NCBI GenBank assembly: GCA_951406725.2
Contig: OX597817.1
Coordinates: 145,452,001 to 145,516,000 of the forward strand
Reading direction: 5' to 3'
DNA: 64,000 nt
From: Octopus vulgaris
Lineage: Eukaryota
Shown here: piece after piece, positions 53,901 through 64,000 of the stretch
Position numbering within the stretch: the first letter of the stretch is position 1
How the letters are laid out: every line of letters starts with the position of its first letter
Program-made: the position numbers and the translations under genes
Notes under the pieces: model-generated
What the model saw: the letters and a program-made list of their open reading frames with translations, nothing else
Told to the model about the DNA's origin: nothing
Databases searched by the model: none

Positions 53901-56900
53901 CACAACACGCAGCCCGATCTGGGATTCGAACTCACAACCTTACGATCGTAAGCTCGACGCTCTAACCACTGAGCCATGCGCCTTCACTCGAATCAGTGTA
54001 TCAAGGAGGATTTTCACTAGTGTTCTAATACATGATGGTTGGGAGTTTTAGCTATTGGACTAACGACTCAATGGTCATACATTTGAATTATAATTATAGG
54101 GTATTTCTAAATCTGTATTGCTATAAAAGTACAATTTCAATCTCTTTGTTCACATTTTAAGTTCTTCCATTTAAATAATTTCTACAGAATTTAATGATCC
54201 TCTTAGCCATTCCAGCAGAGAATGAATCTATGATAATATTTTTGATAAAAATGTCAGTAAGTTGTGTAATTCCAGGTTTAAGATATTGTTACCTGTTTTA
54301 AAATGTACCCATCCACAGTTTAAAGGTTTGACAGTAATGGCTTAAGTCTAACTTAACTCTTCTGATGTTAAGCACACCATTCGAGCATGATCGTTACCGT
54401 GTCACCTTACTAGCAATTGTGCTGGTGGCACGTGAAGCATTCGAGTGAAGTCGTTGCCAGTGTCGCTGGACTGGCTCCTGTGCATAAAAAGCATCATTTG
54501 GGCGTGGCCATTGCCAGTGCCACCAAACTGGCCCTCGTGCTGGTGGCACATAAAAGCACCCACTACACTCTCGGAGTGGTTGGCGTTAGGAAGGGCATCC
54601 AGCTGTAGAAACCTTTCCAGATCAGATTGGAGTCTGGTTCGCCAGGCGTCAGTCAAATCATCCAACCCATGCTAGCATGGAAAGCGGACGTCAAATGATG
54701 ATGATGATGTTCAAGAATTAATTCTTCATTGTGTTGTAGGATTATGAAACAGCCTTCCATAAAAGAAACTTCTAAATTTGTATATATAACACCAAGATGT
54801 ATTCTTCCTTTACAGCTTGGCGGTGGAGTAGGTCGATTCAAAGGATCTGGTTCTAAAAAGAGGATTAATTGGAAGGTTGGAGAAGATGTCTTGGGTAAAA
54901 TGTGGGATGGAATTAGAGGAAACAATGGCATCATGGTGAGTTGTTGGTATTTTTGTCTTTTTTCTTATAGCTCTTCATTTGAATACAGTCTGGGGTAACT
55001 TCAGGGTTTGTGTTTTAATAATTATAGAATGAAAATAAAAAAAAAGGTGCTGGTAATTTCCCTCACCCCAAAAAGAAATATTTGATATTACATTTAATTG
55101 TTTTACCTTCAATTATCAAATTGAGACAAGTTATTAACCTAGAAGGCGGTAAGCTGGCAGAAACGTTAGTGCGCCGGGCGAAATGCTTAGCAGTATTTCA
55201 TCTGCCATTACGTTCTGAGTTCAAATTCTGCTGAGGTCGACTTTGCTTTTCATCCTTTCGGGGTGGATAAATTAAATACCAGTTACGCACTGGGGTCGAT
55301 GTAATCGACTTAATCCGTTTGTCTGTCCTTGTTTGTCCCCTCCATGTTCAGCTCCTAGTGGGCAATAAAGAAATATATATATAAACATCATGATAAAATT
55401 ACATCCTAAAAAAATAAGACAAGTGTTACACACACACATACACACGTAATCTACAATAAATATTGAAAGTAAAACATTAGATATCTTTCATCTTTTACTT
55501 GTTTTGGTCATTAAACTGCAGCCATGCTGGAGCACTGCCTTGAAGAATTCTTAGTCGAATGGGACTTAATTGTGGAAGTCTAGTACTTATTCTTTTGGCT
55601 CCTTTTGCCAAACTTCTAAGTTACTGGGATGTAAACACACTGACACTGGTTTTGAAACTGTGGTGGGACACAGATACAAAGACACATGCACACGCATACA
55701 TGACGGGCTTCTTTCAGTTTCCATCTACCAAATCTACTCACAAGGCTTTGGTCAGCCTAAGGCCATAGCAGAAGACACTTGCCAAGGTATCACACAGTAG
55801 GACTGAACCTGGAACCATGTGGATTTATTATAAATTTAATTAGGAATAAGGTTGTCATCTCAATTTGTAAAACAAAAGACAATGCTTACAAAAACAGAAA
55901 GCATAACACAATTTAGTACATAAATATATATGTTAAAAATTGTTTGTGGTTAGATGAATATTATTGCTGTTATTTGAATTTTGAGTATAATTGAGTATAA
56001 TTTGCTGTTTGTATTGTTTTCTAGGTTCTTCTGAAGTTATTATCTCAGAAAACTCCCATTAGTGAAGCTGATAATATTCGTGCTTTAGCGTGTAAAGTAA
56101 GGCAATATTTTTAATATATTCTCAGCATAGTTTTGTATTGTACCTTCTTTATGTCTTTTGAAATGTGATTCAGATACTGCAGTGATTATTAGTAATATTT
56201 ATCATTATGAGTAGTTATTAAGGTTATTTAATTTAGCTCCTGTTACTATATTATTTAACTTAGCTCCTGTTACTATATTATTTAATTTAGTTCCTGTTAC
56301 TATATTATACAATTAGTTAGAATGTGTGAATTTTTACAGTTGGACACCTTTGTAAAAGTGTTCAACTCTGAAGTGAATATGCTACTTATTTTCAGATAAA
56401 TAGATCTTTGTCACAGAACTTAACACAACAAATATAGGTTTATAATTTATGATATTGTAGTTCTGTATTTCTAAGATGAGTTTAGATATTTTTAATTTTT
56501 ACAAATACAGTATTTGGATCTGGGTATTTTAGGATTGTTTTCACATATTGTATTTGTACATGTGATTATTTCCTTGTGTTTGGATTGCATTCCTAAACTG
56601 CTATTGCACTCTCAATGCTAAAACCCAGCTTAGAACGTGTCTATTTAAATACTGTTTTGCTTACTGCTCACTAATCACTTTCTCATCTATATTTTTAACT
56701 TCATTTGTTGTTTTTCGTTTGTTTATTGTTTGGGGGGTTTTTTTTTTAGTTTTCGCATCAGTCCTTTTTCTAAAATAAATAGTTCACATTGTAGTGGAAA
56801 TTCTCATCATCATCGTTGTTTAACGTCTGCTTTCCATGCTAGCATGGGTTGAACGGTTTGACTGAGGGCTGGTGAGCCAGAAGGCTGCACTGGCTCCAAT

Positions 56901-59900
56901 CTGATCTGGCAATGTTTCTACAGCCGGATGCCCTTCCTAACGCCAACTACTCCAAGAGTATAGTGGGTACTTTTTATGTGCCACCAGCATGAGGGCCAGT
57001 CAGGTGGTACTGGCATCGACCACGCTTGAATGGTGCATGATCATTGCCAGTGCCTGCTGGAATTAACTTTGATTTTCCTATCTCTAGAGTTGGTAAAATA
57101 AGTATTAGCCATGTACTGAGTTAGTTAATGTTTATTAGTCTTTTGAAACTTAGTAGCCTTGTACTAGTGAGAAGCATTTATATTCAAGTTAATACTGAGT
57201 CTTCTTTGTCTATGTTCTGAGTTCACATTTTGCCAAAATCAACTTTTCATCATTCTATATATGTGCTACAAATTTTTTAAGATTATTTAATATCAATAAA
57301 TTCGTTATTATTATTATTATTAAGGCAGTTAGCTGGCAGAATCGTTAGCACATCAGGCAAAATGCTTAGCAGAATTTCATCCTTCTTTGCGTTCTGAGTT
57401 CAAATTCCGCCAATGTTGACTTTGCCTTTCATCCTTTGGGGTCAATAAATTAAGTACCAGTAAAACACTAAGAGTCGATGTAATTAACTAGTCCCCTCCC
57501 CATAAAATTTCTGGCCTTGTACCTTCAACAGAAAGGATTGTTATTATTATTATTATCTTAAAAGATTTCTTCAAGTATATCCTTCTAAAATAATGTGTTA
57601 AATAAGTGTTAAATATAATATGCTATTTGTAATAAAAATTATAAACATTTGAAAATCACTTAAATAAGATTGTCTTTACTTTCTTAGGCTCTTGTTGGTT
57701 TGTCTCGGTCCGAAACTGTTCGGCAGATCATTGGGAAACTTCCTTTATTCAATAATGGTTTATTACAACGTGAGTGTCATTATTTTAACCTATATTTTAG
57801 TCCATCTGTCATTAAATATTTGTGATTATTAAATTCTGAAAAAAATATCACTTGATGTACTATGTGGTTTTTATTGATCTTATCAATTAAGTTTTGTAAT
57901 TTTTTGATGTTTCTTTGTAAACTTTTAATGGATGTCATTCTGAAGTAACTTTGTTGCAGTAATTCATTAGAGTTTGGATTCAGGTATTGCATTAATTTGA
58001 TAACTGGTATAAAAATATGAATAAAACATCAAATTTCGGCTACACCACAACTGATGTCTGTAAACTCAGTATTGATGTCTATCATAAGATCTTTAAATGG
58101 TTTTGAAGTATGCAAAGTAAAAGTGTGTTAATAAAGTACCTTTATCTTTATTAAATAGTTTCCACAAATATTTATGGGTAGGATCAGTGACAGAAATACA
58201 CAGACTGAATATTTTGTGTTTCATCTTTACACTGTTTTCTTCTAATACAGAGCTTATGAAAGAACCTGTTCTTCAAGACAAGCGACAAGCACATGTAAAA
58301 TTTTGCAAGTATTCCAATGAATTAATTGAACGTGTGTCTGGAAAACACCATAATGCAAATATTGAAGCTTCTCTTCAAGACATCAGGAAGGTAATTGAAA
58401 GATGTGTGGTTTTTTTTCCTGGCTTCAAAAAAAAATATATGCATGAATTTGTATTGTGTCACTGAATAAATTTTGTTATGCTGATGGGAGGTGGTGCTGC
58501 TGTTAGTATTTGGAAACTAAACAACTCCTATATTTGTCATGTGAAACAGCTCAGAAATGAAATGTGTAGATATAATATTGAACTACCAGCTAAAACAATT
58601 TAAGTTTAAATTCATTGAAAGTATCTCATTATGTATTTGGATGGTTAGACTTAATTCTATAGGCTTCAGTTGATCTAGTTGTCAGAAATAAAAACCAGAC
58701 AATCTGGGAAAATTACCTGAAATAGATTGGTCTCTTATATAGGAGATTTATCTCTATTTCAGTTTATACTCTGAAACAGCTACCAGAAAAGATCTTTTGT
58801 TTTTATGAAACAAGACATTAGTCTGTAATCTGACAAGATTCCATGAACTTCTTAGTATGTAGTTTGTATGTAACCCAGTGCCTTACTCTCAAGCCATTGG
58901 GGTTTTGATATACTGGAGTTATTCAAGATATCAATATATGTAACCACAATCACTCAAGATGTTAATTTAACAAATCTTTGTGTGTTCGTTAACTGTCAAA
59001 ATAGTTTGATGCATATAAAATATAAGATTTTAGGTTGATGTTTTTGTCAGCCATGGTAGGGAGATCAATGATGAAAGGTATTTTAGCTATGGCTGTACTC
59101 ATAAGTATTGTAGTTCCAGATCTACATTATTTAATGTACCATTAAAGACAGGAGTATTTAGAGATTTCTAGCAGATCAAATGGTCATGTAGAAACTCTAA
59201 TTTCAGCTTGAGAGGTTGTTTATAAATTTACATTGGTGTTTATTTGGATAAATCATCATCATCATCGTTTAACGTCCATTTTCCATGCTGGCATGGGTTG
59301 GACAGTTTGACTGGGGACTGGCAAGCCAGGAGGCCGCACCAAGCTCCAATCTGATCTGGCAATGTTTCTACAGCTGGATGCCTTTCCTAATGCCAACCAC
59401 TCCAAGAGTGTAGTGGGTGCTTTTTATGTACCACTGGCACGGTAGCCAGTCAGGCGGCACTGGCCTCGGCTATGTTCAGATGGTGCTTTTTACATGCCAC
59501 CAGCACAGGAGCCAGTTGTTGTGGGGGACTGGCATTGACCACGTTTGGATGGTGCTTTTTATGTGCCACCGGCATGAGGAACCAGTCAAGCGGTACTGGG
59601 GTGCTTATTGCATGCCACCGTCAATAGTAATATTAATTTGTCTGTTGTATTCCTGATGAAATATACAGTTTTTGTTTGAATTAATTTTGAAAATGAATTT
59701 AGTAAACTGATTTGGTTATTAATTAAGCTGGTGTTCAGAACATAGATTAGCATAAAATTTTGATATCACTTTATACCAGGGAATTTATATCATAGGGTTA
59801 AACACAAGCTGTGATGGGTTGTTATCTTCCGATAAATCATTTTTAATTTTTTCCAAATGCTTTAAAAATAAATTATCCTTTCTTGTTTTCAAGGCTGATA

Positions 59901-62463
59901 TTGTAGCTCAGACGAAAATTACTTTCCAGAAGAGAGAATTATTTCATTTGATTCACGAGTATCTTTTGTCTGAAGGTTAGTTTTTTTTTTTGTTTTTCTT
60001 TTTACACTCTTAAGACATTACCTATCCTTACATCATCATTACCTCTGCCAAGAAGGCGTTGGTTTGTCTGTCTGTGTGCAAAATAACTCAAAAAGTTGTG
60101 AACGGTATTCGATAAAGCTTGCAGGAAAAGTTAGTAATGACACAAGGAACAGATGATGAAATTTTGGTAGTGGTCCAGGAATTTTTATGGTTTCTTGAAG
60201 GATTTTTCATTTGTTATATTTACTTTACATGAAGTATTACAATGTTACGTTCTTTGATTATCTCCCTTGAAAACACGTTCATCGTTGTTGTTTCCAAAGT
60301 TTATTTTCTTTTCTCTATTAGTAATTTTACTTGCATATCTATCTTAAAATGAGCTGCTTGACAGAGGATGACATGACAAGCCTTGACTATTGGGATCGAC
60401 TCAAAAAGCTCAGGCTTTGCTCCCTCTACCGCCGCTGTGAGCTCTATGTATGATGAGGAAAATATTCCATCAACATTGCACATCTTTAAAATTCATCCAG
60501 TGCTTGGCCCTCGTGCCATCCGTCCACTACAGAAATGTATGTGTCGTATCACAACACTATAACAGAACTATTTCACCTCAATTGGCCCTGCTCTCTTCAA
60601 TATCGTGCCATACCCACATAAAGGAGGCAAGGGACTTCACAGCATTCAAATGATCCCTAGATGATTACCCCCAACAAATACCAGATAAACCACCCATATA
60701 TGCTTCTGAAAACAATAACCCTCTGCTTGAATGGGCTATGGTTCTCCAGAGCTGACTGTGTATCTCTTCCGGGTGGTGCTATTAAATTAGACATGGCCTG
60801 AGTCAACTTCGGCTGAAACTTATCTGAGTAATCTAATCTATGCTGTAACCTTTTAATCAAAGCATGACAACGTGGGTAGAGGCTGATATCTTAACATTTC
60901 TGATGGTCTTAAGTATAAAAAAAAATTATTAAAGATTTATATAGAACTACATTCAGAGTAAGCTATTGTGTTTAGACTTGGTTTCTATCCTCAAACTGTT
61001 CCATTTTGTAGATGCAATTTGTGTTTTTTTAATAAAGCACTCCGAAATTAGAAAAATCAAAAATCTGCAACAATCTCAGTCCCATGAGTATCGGATAATG
61101 GATTTTCAACTGCGTAAAGAAACTGATTGTGGTGATTGTAATTTTGATGGTTTAGGAAATTGGGCGATTTTCAGCAATTGGGTGGAAATAAGCTGCTTGG
61201 CAGAGGTCTGCGCTCTCTCAGTGCTTTTCTAGTTGTTTTTACATCCATTTTTTCCTATGTGGTGCTTCCATTGAAAGGCAGTCTCACTAAATTTAGCTTT
61301 ATATTCTTTTATTCCAGGTTGTGTCAATTCAGCAACAGCCCTTCAGACAGAGGCTAACTTGCCTTGCAATATGTCCATTCCTACAGTCCATCCAACAAAC
61401 CCGCTGATTAACCCAATTATGACCACACCAAAAGCTGTAAGAAATTTTTCTTTACTATCTCTAATATGGGAAATGAGTGGTATTTTTCGTTGGCTACAAA
61501 TAAAGGATTATTCTAATAATTGCTTTATTACAGATGAATAAATAAATATACTTGAATTAATATTTTGCACTGTTGTAAAATAGAAAAAACAAATTGTGAA
61601 GGTATTTTTTTAATATAAATATTATAGTTGTGATATTTACTCAACTGTGGTTGCCAAAACAACTAACTCTGATTGCATAGAAATTATGAACACAATTATA
61701 CTGGTTTCTTGAAAGTTAATATTTTTGTCAAGTGCTATAGAGCATTTGTAGTGAAAGATGAACTGCTACCTTTTATGTATACATGCAAACCTCTTATTTC
61801 AACCAAGTGAAACTCTCATTAGCTGATCATTCTTTTAATAGCAAGACATATCAAGGCAACCTATATGCAAAGTTAGATCTCTCATAAGCTTTCATGTACT
61901 AAAAACTTTTTTTCCTGAATATGTTCTGCTGGCAGAATCGTTAGCATGCCGGGCAAAATGCTTAGCAGTATTTTGTCTGCCACTACGTTCTGAGTTCAAA
62001 TTCCGCCGAGGTCGACTTTGCCTTTCATCCTTTCAGGGTCGATTAAATAAGTACCAGTTACGTACTGGGGTTGATATAATCAACTTAATCCGTTTGTTTG
62101 TCCTCTCTCTGTTTAGCCTCTTGTGGCTGGTAAAGAAATAGGTATGCCCATGTGTTTTTAATGCTACCAAATATGGTATTTAGTTAAACTTTCACCTTGA
62201 AAGAATTGTACATTCAAAAGCCATAACCCAGTTAAAACACATGTTTATTGTTACTCATTTGTTTATTTACTTTTTTGTATTTGCAGTCACGTCAATTGAG
62301 TCCATTACCAACTAGTCACAATTCTAACCAAACCCCATCTCTATTATCACATTCCTCTGGTGCCGGTATCCTCAACTCCAATGGCACTTTAGGTCCTGTA
62401 AAGTTCTCACTTAATCGACACTCTGCTGCTTCTCCTGTAATTGCTTCAACACCAACTATCAAA
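26827..62463 (+). CDS. DCAF1: DDB1- and CUL4-associated factor 1 (DCAF1/VPRBP), 5' part, 22 coding exons, 3'-incomplete
   Basis: join(26827-26927,39363-39439,40199-40272,40880-40996,41363-41500,42619-43060,44237-44367,44621-44722,46143-46301,47461-47501,48120-48258,49686-49895,50398-50567,51900-52019,53115-53217,54816-54935,56025-56096,57688-57769,58251-58390,59894-59975,61318-61436,62287-62463) = 2916 nt, 972 codons. All introns are GT-AG and phases match. The translation has recognisable DCAF1 motifs: [80 protein letters not shown] and a LisH motif. The WD40 and acidic tail lie beyond the window. Confidence 0.96.
28921..29099 (+). repeat. ~180-bp dispersed repeat, unclassified (copy 2)
   Basis: GCCGTTCAAGAATTTGGACC...CCTAACCCCTAGACCATCACCTAATCACCCTT. 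Confidence 0.8.
32305..32515. mobile_element. Tigger/pogo-like MITE
   Basis: TA|CAGTTATCTCTC...GAGGGATTACTG|TA. Confidence 0.6.
34118..35245 (-). mobile_element. Decayed mariner transposon
   Basis: Minus-strand [41 protein letters not shown]; partial TIRs CAAAAAGTTCCTGGACTA / TAGTCCAGGAATTTTTG; TA at the left end. Confidence 0.85.
36751..37068. mobile_element. Miniature fold-back insertion with a 13-bp target duplication (probable PLE terminal-repeat fragments)
   Basis: Arms 36749-36853 vs 36873-37013; ATTTGATAGAGTA at 36738-36750 and 37069-37081; nested in a TTAA-ended MITE-like sequence (~36558-37100). Confidence 0.7.
36880..36916 (+). ncRNA. Candidate U3-A8 variant minimal hammerhead
   Basis: CTA-TTGAAAA-G-GTTGC aagac GCAAC-GAAA-AT-TT-TAG; only a 3-bp stem I and a U-ending cleavage triplet. 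Confidence 0.35.
39363..39439 (+). CDS. DCAF1: DCAF1 exon 2 ([25 protein letters not shown])
   Basis: tag|G acceptor, G|gtagg donor, conserved motif. Confidence 0.95.
40199..40272 (+). CDS. DCAF1: DCAF1 exon 3 ([24 protein letters not shown])
   Basis: cag| and |gtaagt, phase-consistent. Confidence 0.92.
40880..40996 (+). CDS. DCAF1: DCAF1 exon 4 (IGTYIME...[22 protein letters not shown])
   Basis: splice sites and conserved AACRLLLDI. Confidence 0.92.
41363..41500 (+). CDS. DCAF1: DCAF1 exon 5 ([11 protein letters not shown]...DENAVL)
   Basis: splice sites, conserved sequence. Confidence 0.92.
42350..42575 (-). mobile_element. RTE/RTE-X-like LINE 3' end
   Basis: [36 protein letters not shown], (TGA)n tail. 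Confidence 0.7.
42619..43060 (+). CDS. DCAF1: DCAF1 exon 6 (S/T/K-rich variable region)
   Basis: tag|GTT acceptor, G|gtaagt donor, open frame, phase fits neighbours. Confidence 0.88.
44237..44367 (+). CDS. DCAF1: DCAF1 exon 7 (SSNSSWSEM...PMGEYQE)
   Basis: splice sites, conserved SWSEM and GEYQE. Confidence 0.93.
44621..44722 (+). CDS. DCAF1: DCAF1 exon 8 (LLGLAIQY...RLAFEALK)
   Basis: splice sites, conserved FEALK. Confidence 0.93.
46143..46301 (+). CDS. DCAF1: DCAF1 exon 9 ([12 protein letters not shown]...TMER)
   Basis: splice sites, conserved HKKFA / [11 protein letters not shown]. Confidence 0.95.
47461..47501 (+). CDS. DCAF1: DCAF1 exon 10 ([13 protein letters not shown])
   Basis: 41-nt exon, tag| and |gtaagt, phase fits. 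Confidence 0.88.
48120..48258 (+). CDS. DCAF1: DCAF1 exon 11 ([17 protein letters not shown]...DGLRRLINV)
   Basis: splice sites, conserved sequence. Confidence 0.94.
48615..48835. mobile_element. TTAA-flanked (piggyBac-type) MITE
   Basis: TTAA|CCCTTTTGTTAC...GTAATGAAAGGG|TTAA; decayed relatives near 32000-32147, 43880-44087, 44895-45105, 59690-59800. Confidence 0.75.
49686..49895 (+). CDS. DCAF1: DCAF1 exon 12 (VSTLPILY...KKYMEAHL...PANK)
   Basis: aag| and |gtaagt, conserved STL and YxEAHL. Confidence 0.9.
50398..50567 (+). CDS. DCAF1: DCAF1 exon 13
   Basis: cag|GCA, AA|gtaagt, open frame. Confidence 0.9.
51900..52019 (+). CDS. DCAF1: DCAF1 exon 14 ([15 protein letters not shown]...)
   Basis: splice sites, phase fits. 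Confidence 0.9.
52420..52830 (+). mobile_element. Truncated RTE-type 3'UTR copy with internal ~55-60-bp repeats
   Basis: Same 3' end as 1175-1936; other copies at approx 3200-3540(+), 2951-3190(-), 32565-32903(+), 37484-37800(-), 45225-45680(-), 54370-54710(+), 56805-57060(-), 59252-59620(-). Confidence 0.8.
53115..53217 (+). CDS. DCAF1: DCAF1 exon 15 (...[16 protein letters not shown]...)
   Basis: conserved QKSALxVIINCV. Confidence 0.93.
53660..53985 (-). mobile_element. SINE family D (tRNA head)
   Basis: GGCGCATGGCTCAGTGGTTAGAGCG..GAGTTCGAATCCC..TGTGTTCTTGAGCAAGACAC; second copy at ~33027-33350(+). Confidence 0.8.
54816..54935 (+). CDS. DCAF1: DCAF1 exon 16 (...[13 protein letters not shown])
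   Basis: splice sites, conserved KMW..NNGI. Confidence 0.92.
55145..55375 (+). mobile_element. SINE family B (Nin-domain-like core)
   Basis: GGCGGTAAGCTGGCAGAA..GAGTTCAAATTC..TTTCATCCTTTCGGGGT..TACCAG; relatives at approx 21909-22327(-), 38590-39000(+), 41931-42090(+), 57322-57537(+), 61927-62141(+). Confidence 0.8.
56025..56096 (+). CDS. DCAF1: DCAF1 exon 17 ([24 protein letters not shown])
   Basis: splice sites, highly conserved. Confidence 0.94.
56224..56307. repeat. 27-bp minisatellite, 3 copies
   Basis: TTATTTAATTTAGCTCCTGTTACTATA x3 with single substitutions. Confidence 0.85.
57688..57769 (+). CDS. DCAF1: DCAF1 exon 18 ([21 protein letters not shown]...)
   Basis: splice sites, highly conserved. 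Confidence 0.94.
58251..58390 (+). CDS. DCAF1: DCAF1 exon 19 ([20 protein letters not shown]...)
   Basis: splice sites, highly conserved. Confidence 0.94.
59894..59975 (+). CDS. DCAF1: DCAF1 exon 20 ([11 protein letters not shown]...LIHEYLLSE; LisH start)
   Basis: splice sites, conserved ADxVAQ and LisH. Confidence 0.93.
60039..61234 (+). mobile_element. Helentron-associated (HINE-like) non-autonomous element
   Basis: Subterminal IRs ACCTCTGCCAAG (60041-60052) / CTTGGCAGAGGT (61196-61207), 3' hairpin, CTAGTT end, (GTCT)n near the 5' end. Confidence 0.7.
60355..60860 (+). mobile_element. Decayed LINE 3' end nested in the HINE-like element
   Basis: [41 protein letters not shown] (frameshifted). 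Confidence 0.65.
61318..61436 (+). CDS. DCAF1: DCAF1 exon 21 (LisH end, SATALQTEA...)
   Basis: splice sites, completes LisH. Confidence 0.9.
62287..62463 (+). CDS. DCAF1: DCAF1 exon 22 (S/P-rich linker)
   Basis: cag|TCA, AAA|gtaaga, open frame; low-complexity linker expected after LisH. Confidence 0.8.
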
Positions 62464-63246
62464 GTAAGAGCCACATTTTGTTTTCCTCTTATTTCAGTTT
62501 AGGTAATATGTTGTTTAAATGTCCCTTAAATATATATCATCATCATTTTTACAGCCATTTTTCCATACTGGAGTGTCTTAGATAAAAATTTGAAGCAAAA
62601 TTTTCTACTACTGGTTGCTCTTTCTGGTGCTGATCCTTACTTGTTTTTCAAGTAAGGGATTATTTCATTGCACCAGTTAGCACATGTCTGTGGATCTATG
62701 GAGAAAATAAACAATGTCACCATCTGTTGCTTAGCCAGTACTAATAACAACGTTCTGGCTCAACATTCACCACACCTCTACATCATCAGCATTTAACATT
62801 CACTTTAGGCTGGTACAGTTGGATGTTTTGATCCACTAAGTCAGAGAACTATGTCTGGCTCCAGTGTGCCAGTTAATACATGGCTTCTACAACCAGGTGA
62901 CCTTCCTAATGCCAACCACTTTACTGAATATACTGGATGCTTGCTTTTTTCTTTTCGTGGTACAAGCACTAATAATGTTGCCTTGTTGCTTGCAACATTA
63001 AAGACACCCCTTGACTGAGGGAGAGGATAGAAGATAGGATGGTTAAAATATGGTGGGGAAGTTGGGCACACATATTTATGATGAGCTTCCTTGAAGTTTC
63101 TGTCCACCAATTTCACTCAGTAGAGGAAACATTTGGTTCCTCAGTAGGAGAAGGTGGTGGGAGAGAATTGGCCATTGATAGAGAGAGAAATAAATGTTGG
63201 AGATGTATTGAGGCCTATCTACAGGGAACAGCAGGTGGGAGTATAA

Positions 63247-64000
63247 ATAATAATAATAATAATAATAATAATTGTGTACAGTGCTCAGGTGCACTACAAC
63301 TCATCTAAAGTGTATATATAATCAGGTGAAGTTTCGGCGGATTTCGGAAAGCATGAGGGCCTTAAAAGATGCAGTGTCATGGCAGTCAACAACTGACGCA
63401 GGCAGTTTATTCCATGCTTCAGCAACTCTGAGCGTGAAAAAATGTTTCCGAAAGTCATGGGAGCTGTATTGTTTTCTGACTTTGTAGGCATGTCCACGTG
63501 TGTTAGACACATGGAGATCAAAAAGGTGTTCAGTGTTGTTGTTGGTGAGGTGGTTGATAACTTTGTGGGTGTTTACCAAGTCCGTCGCCAAACGCCGGAG
63601 CTTCAGTGAATCCATGCCCAGGGAAACAAGGCGCTCAGAATATGGTAGGTGTCTGATGGAGGGTATGCGTTTGGTTGCACGTCTCTGGACAGATTCCAGG
63701 AGGTCAATGTTCTGTGCAAGATAGGGGTTCCAAACTGATGATGCGAATTCCAAGTGTGGTCGTACCATAGCTGTATACAGTTTTAAATAGATGGCTGGAG
63801 AGCGGCTAACAAAAGACCTGCTGAGTGATGCCAAGACACCCTCGGCCTTCCTGACAATCTTAGAGATATGCTTTGACCAACGCAAATCACTGCTGACAGT
63901 GATGCCTAGGTCACGCTCGCAAGAGGATTTCTTGATATCAGTGTTGTGGAGGGAGTATGTGAACGCAGGGTTTTTTCTCCCAAAATGCATGGTGGTACAC
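63247..64000 (-). mobile_element. CR1/L2-group LINE, RT C-terminal part, runs off the window
   Basis: Open frame 63322-63990: ERDLGI..LRWSKHI..RPHLEFASSVWNPY..LESVQRRATK..YSERL..TRGH..WNKLP; (TTA)n tail at 63247-63272. Confidence 0.92.

Overview
Eukaryotic, AT-rich, microsatellite- and SINE-dense genomic DNA. The repeat families look like those of an octopus or other coleoid cephalopod (inference). The right 60% holds the first 22 coding exons of DCAF1/VPRBP on the + strand (26827-62463, 972 codons, all GT-AG, frame-consistent; the gene continues past the window). The left 20 kb is a Penelope-like element (PLE) hotspot. Its centrepiece is a ~7.7-kb fold-back insertion (12084-19757): a 5'-truncated Naiad-like RT + GIY-YIG ORF (one frameshift) enclosed by ~3-kb inverted arms made mostly of degenerate (TA/TG) microsatellite. 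Each arm ends in a type I hammerhead ribozyme and abuts (TA)n. A second PLE remnant carries a hammerhead with a 51-nt loop 2, and a miniature fold-back in DCAF1 intron 1 carries a candidate U3-A8 variant hammerhead. Also present: an orphan RPS8 exon-like pseudogene, a CRE-type restriction-like endonuclease remnant, a decayed mariner, a Helentron-associated element, MITEs, CR1/RTE LINE 3' ends and many tRNA-derived SINEs. Most ORFs in the supplied track are microsatellite artefacts.
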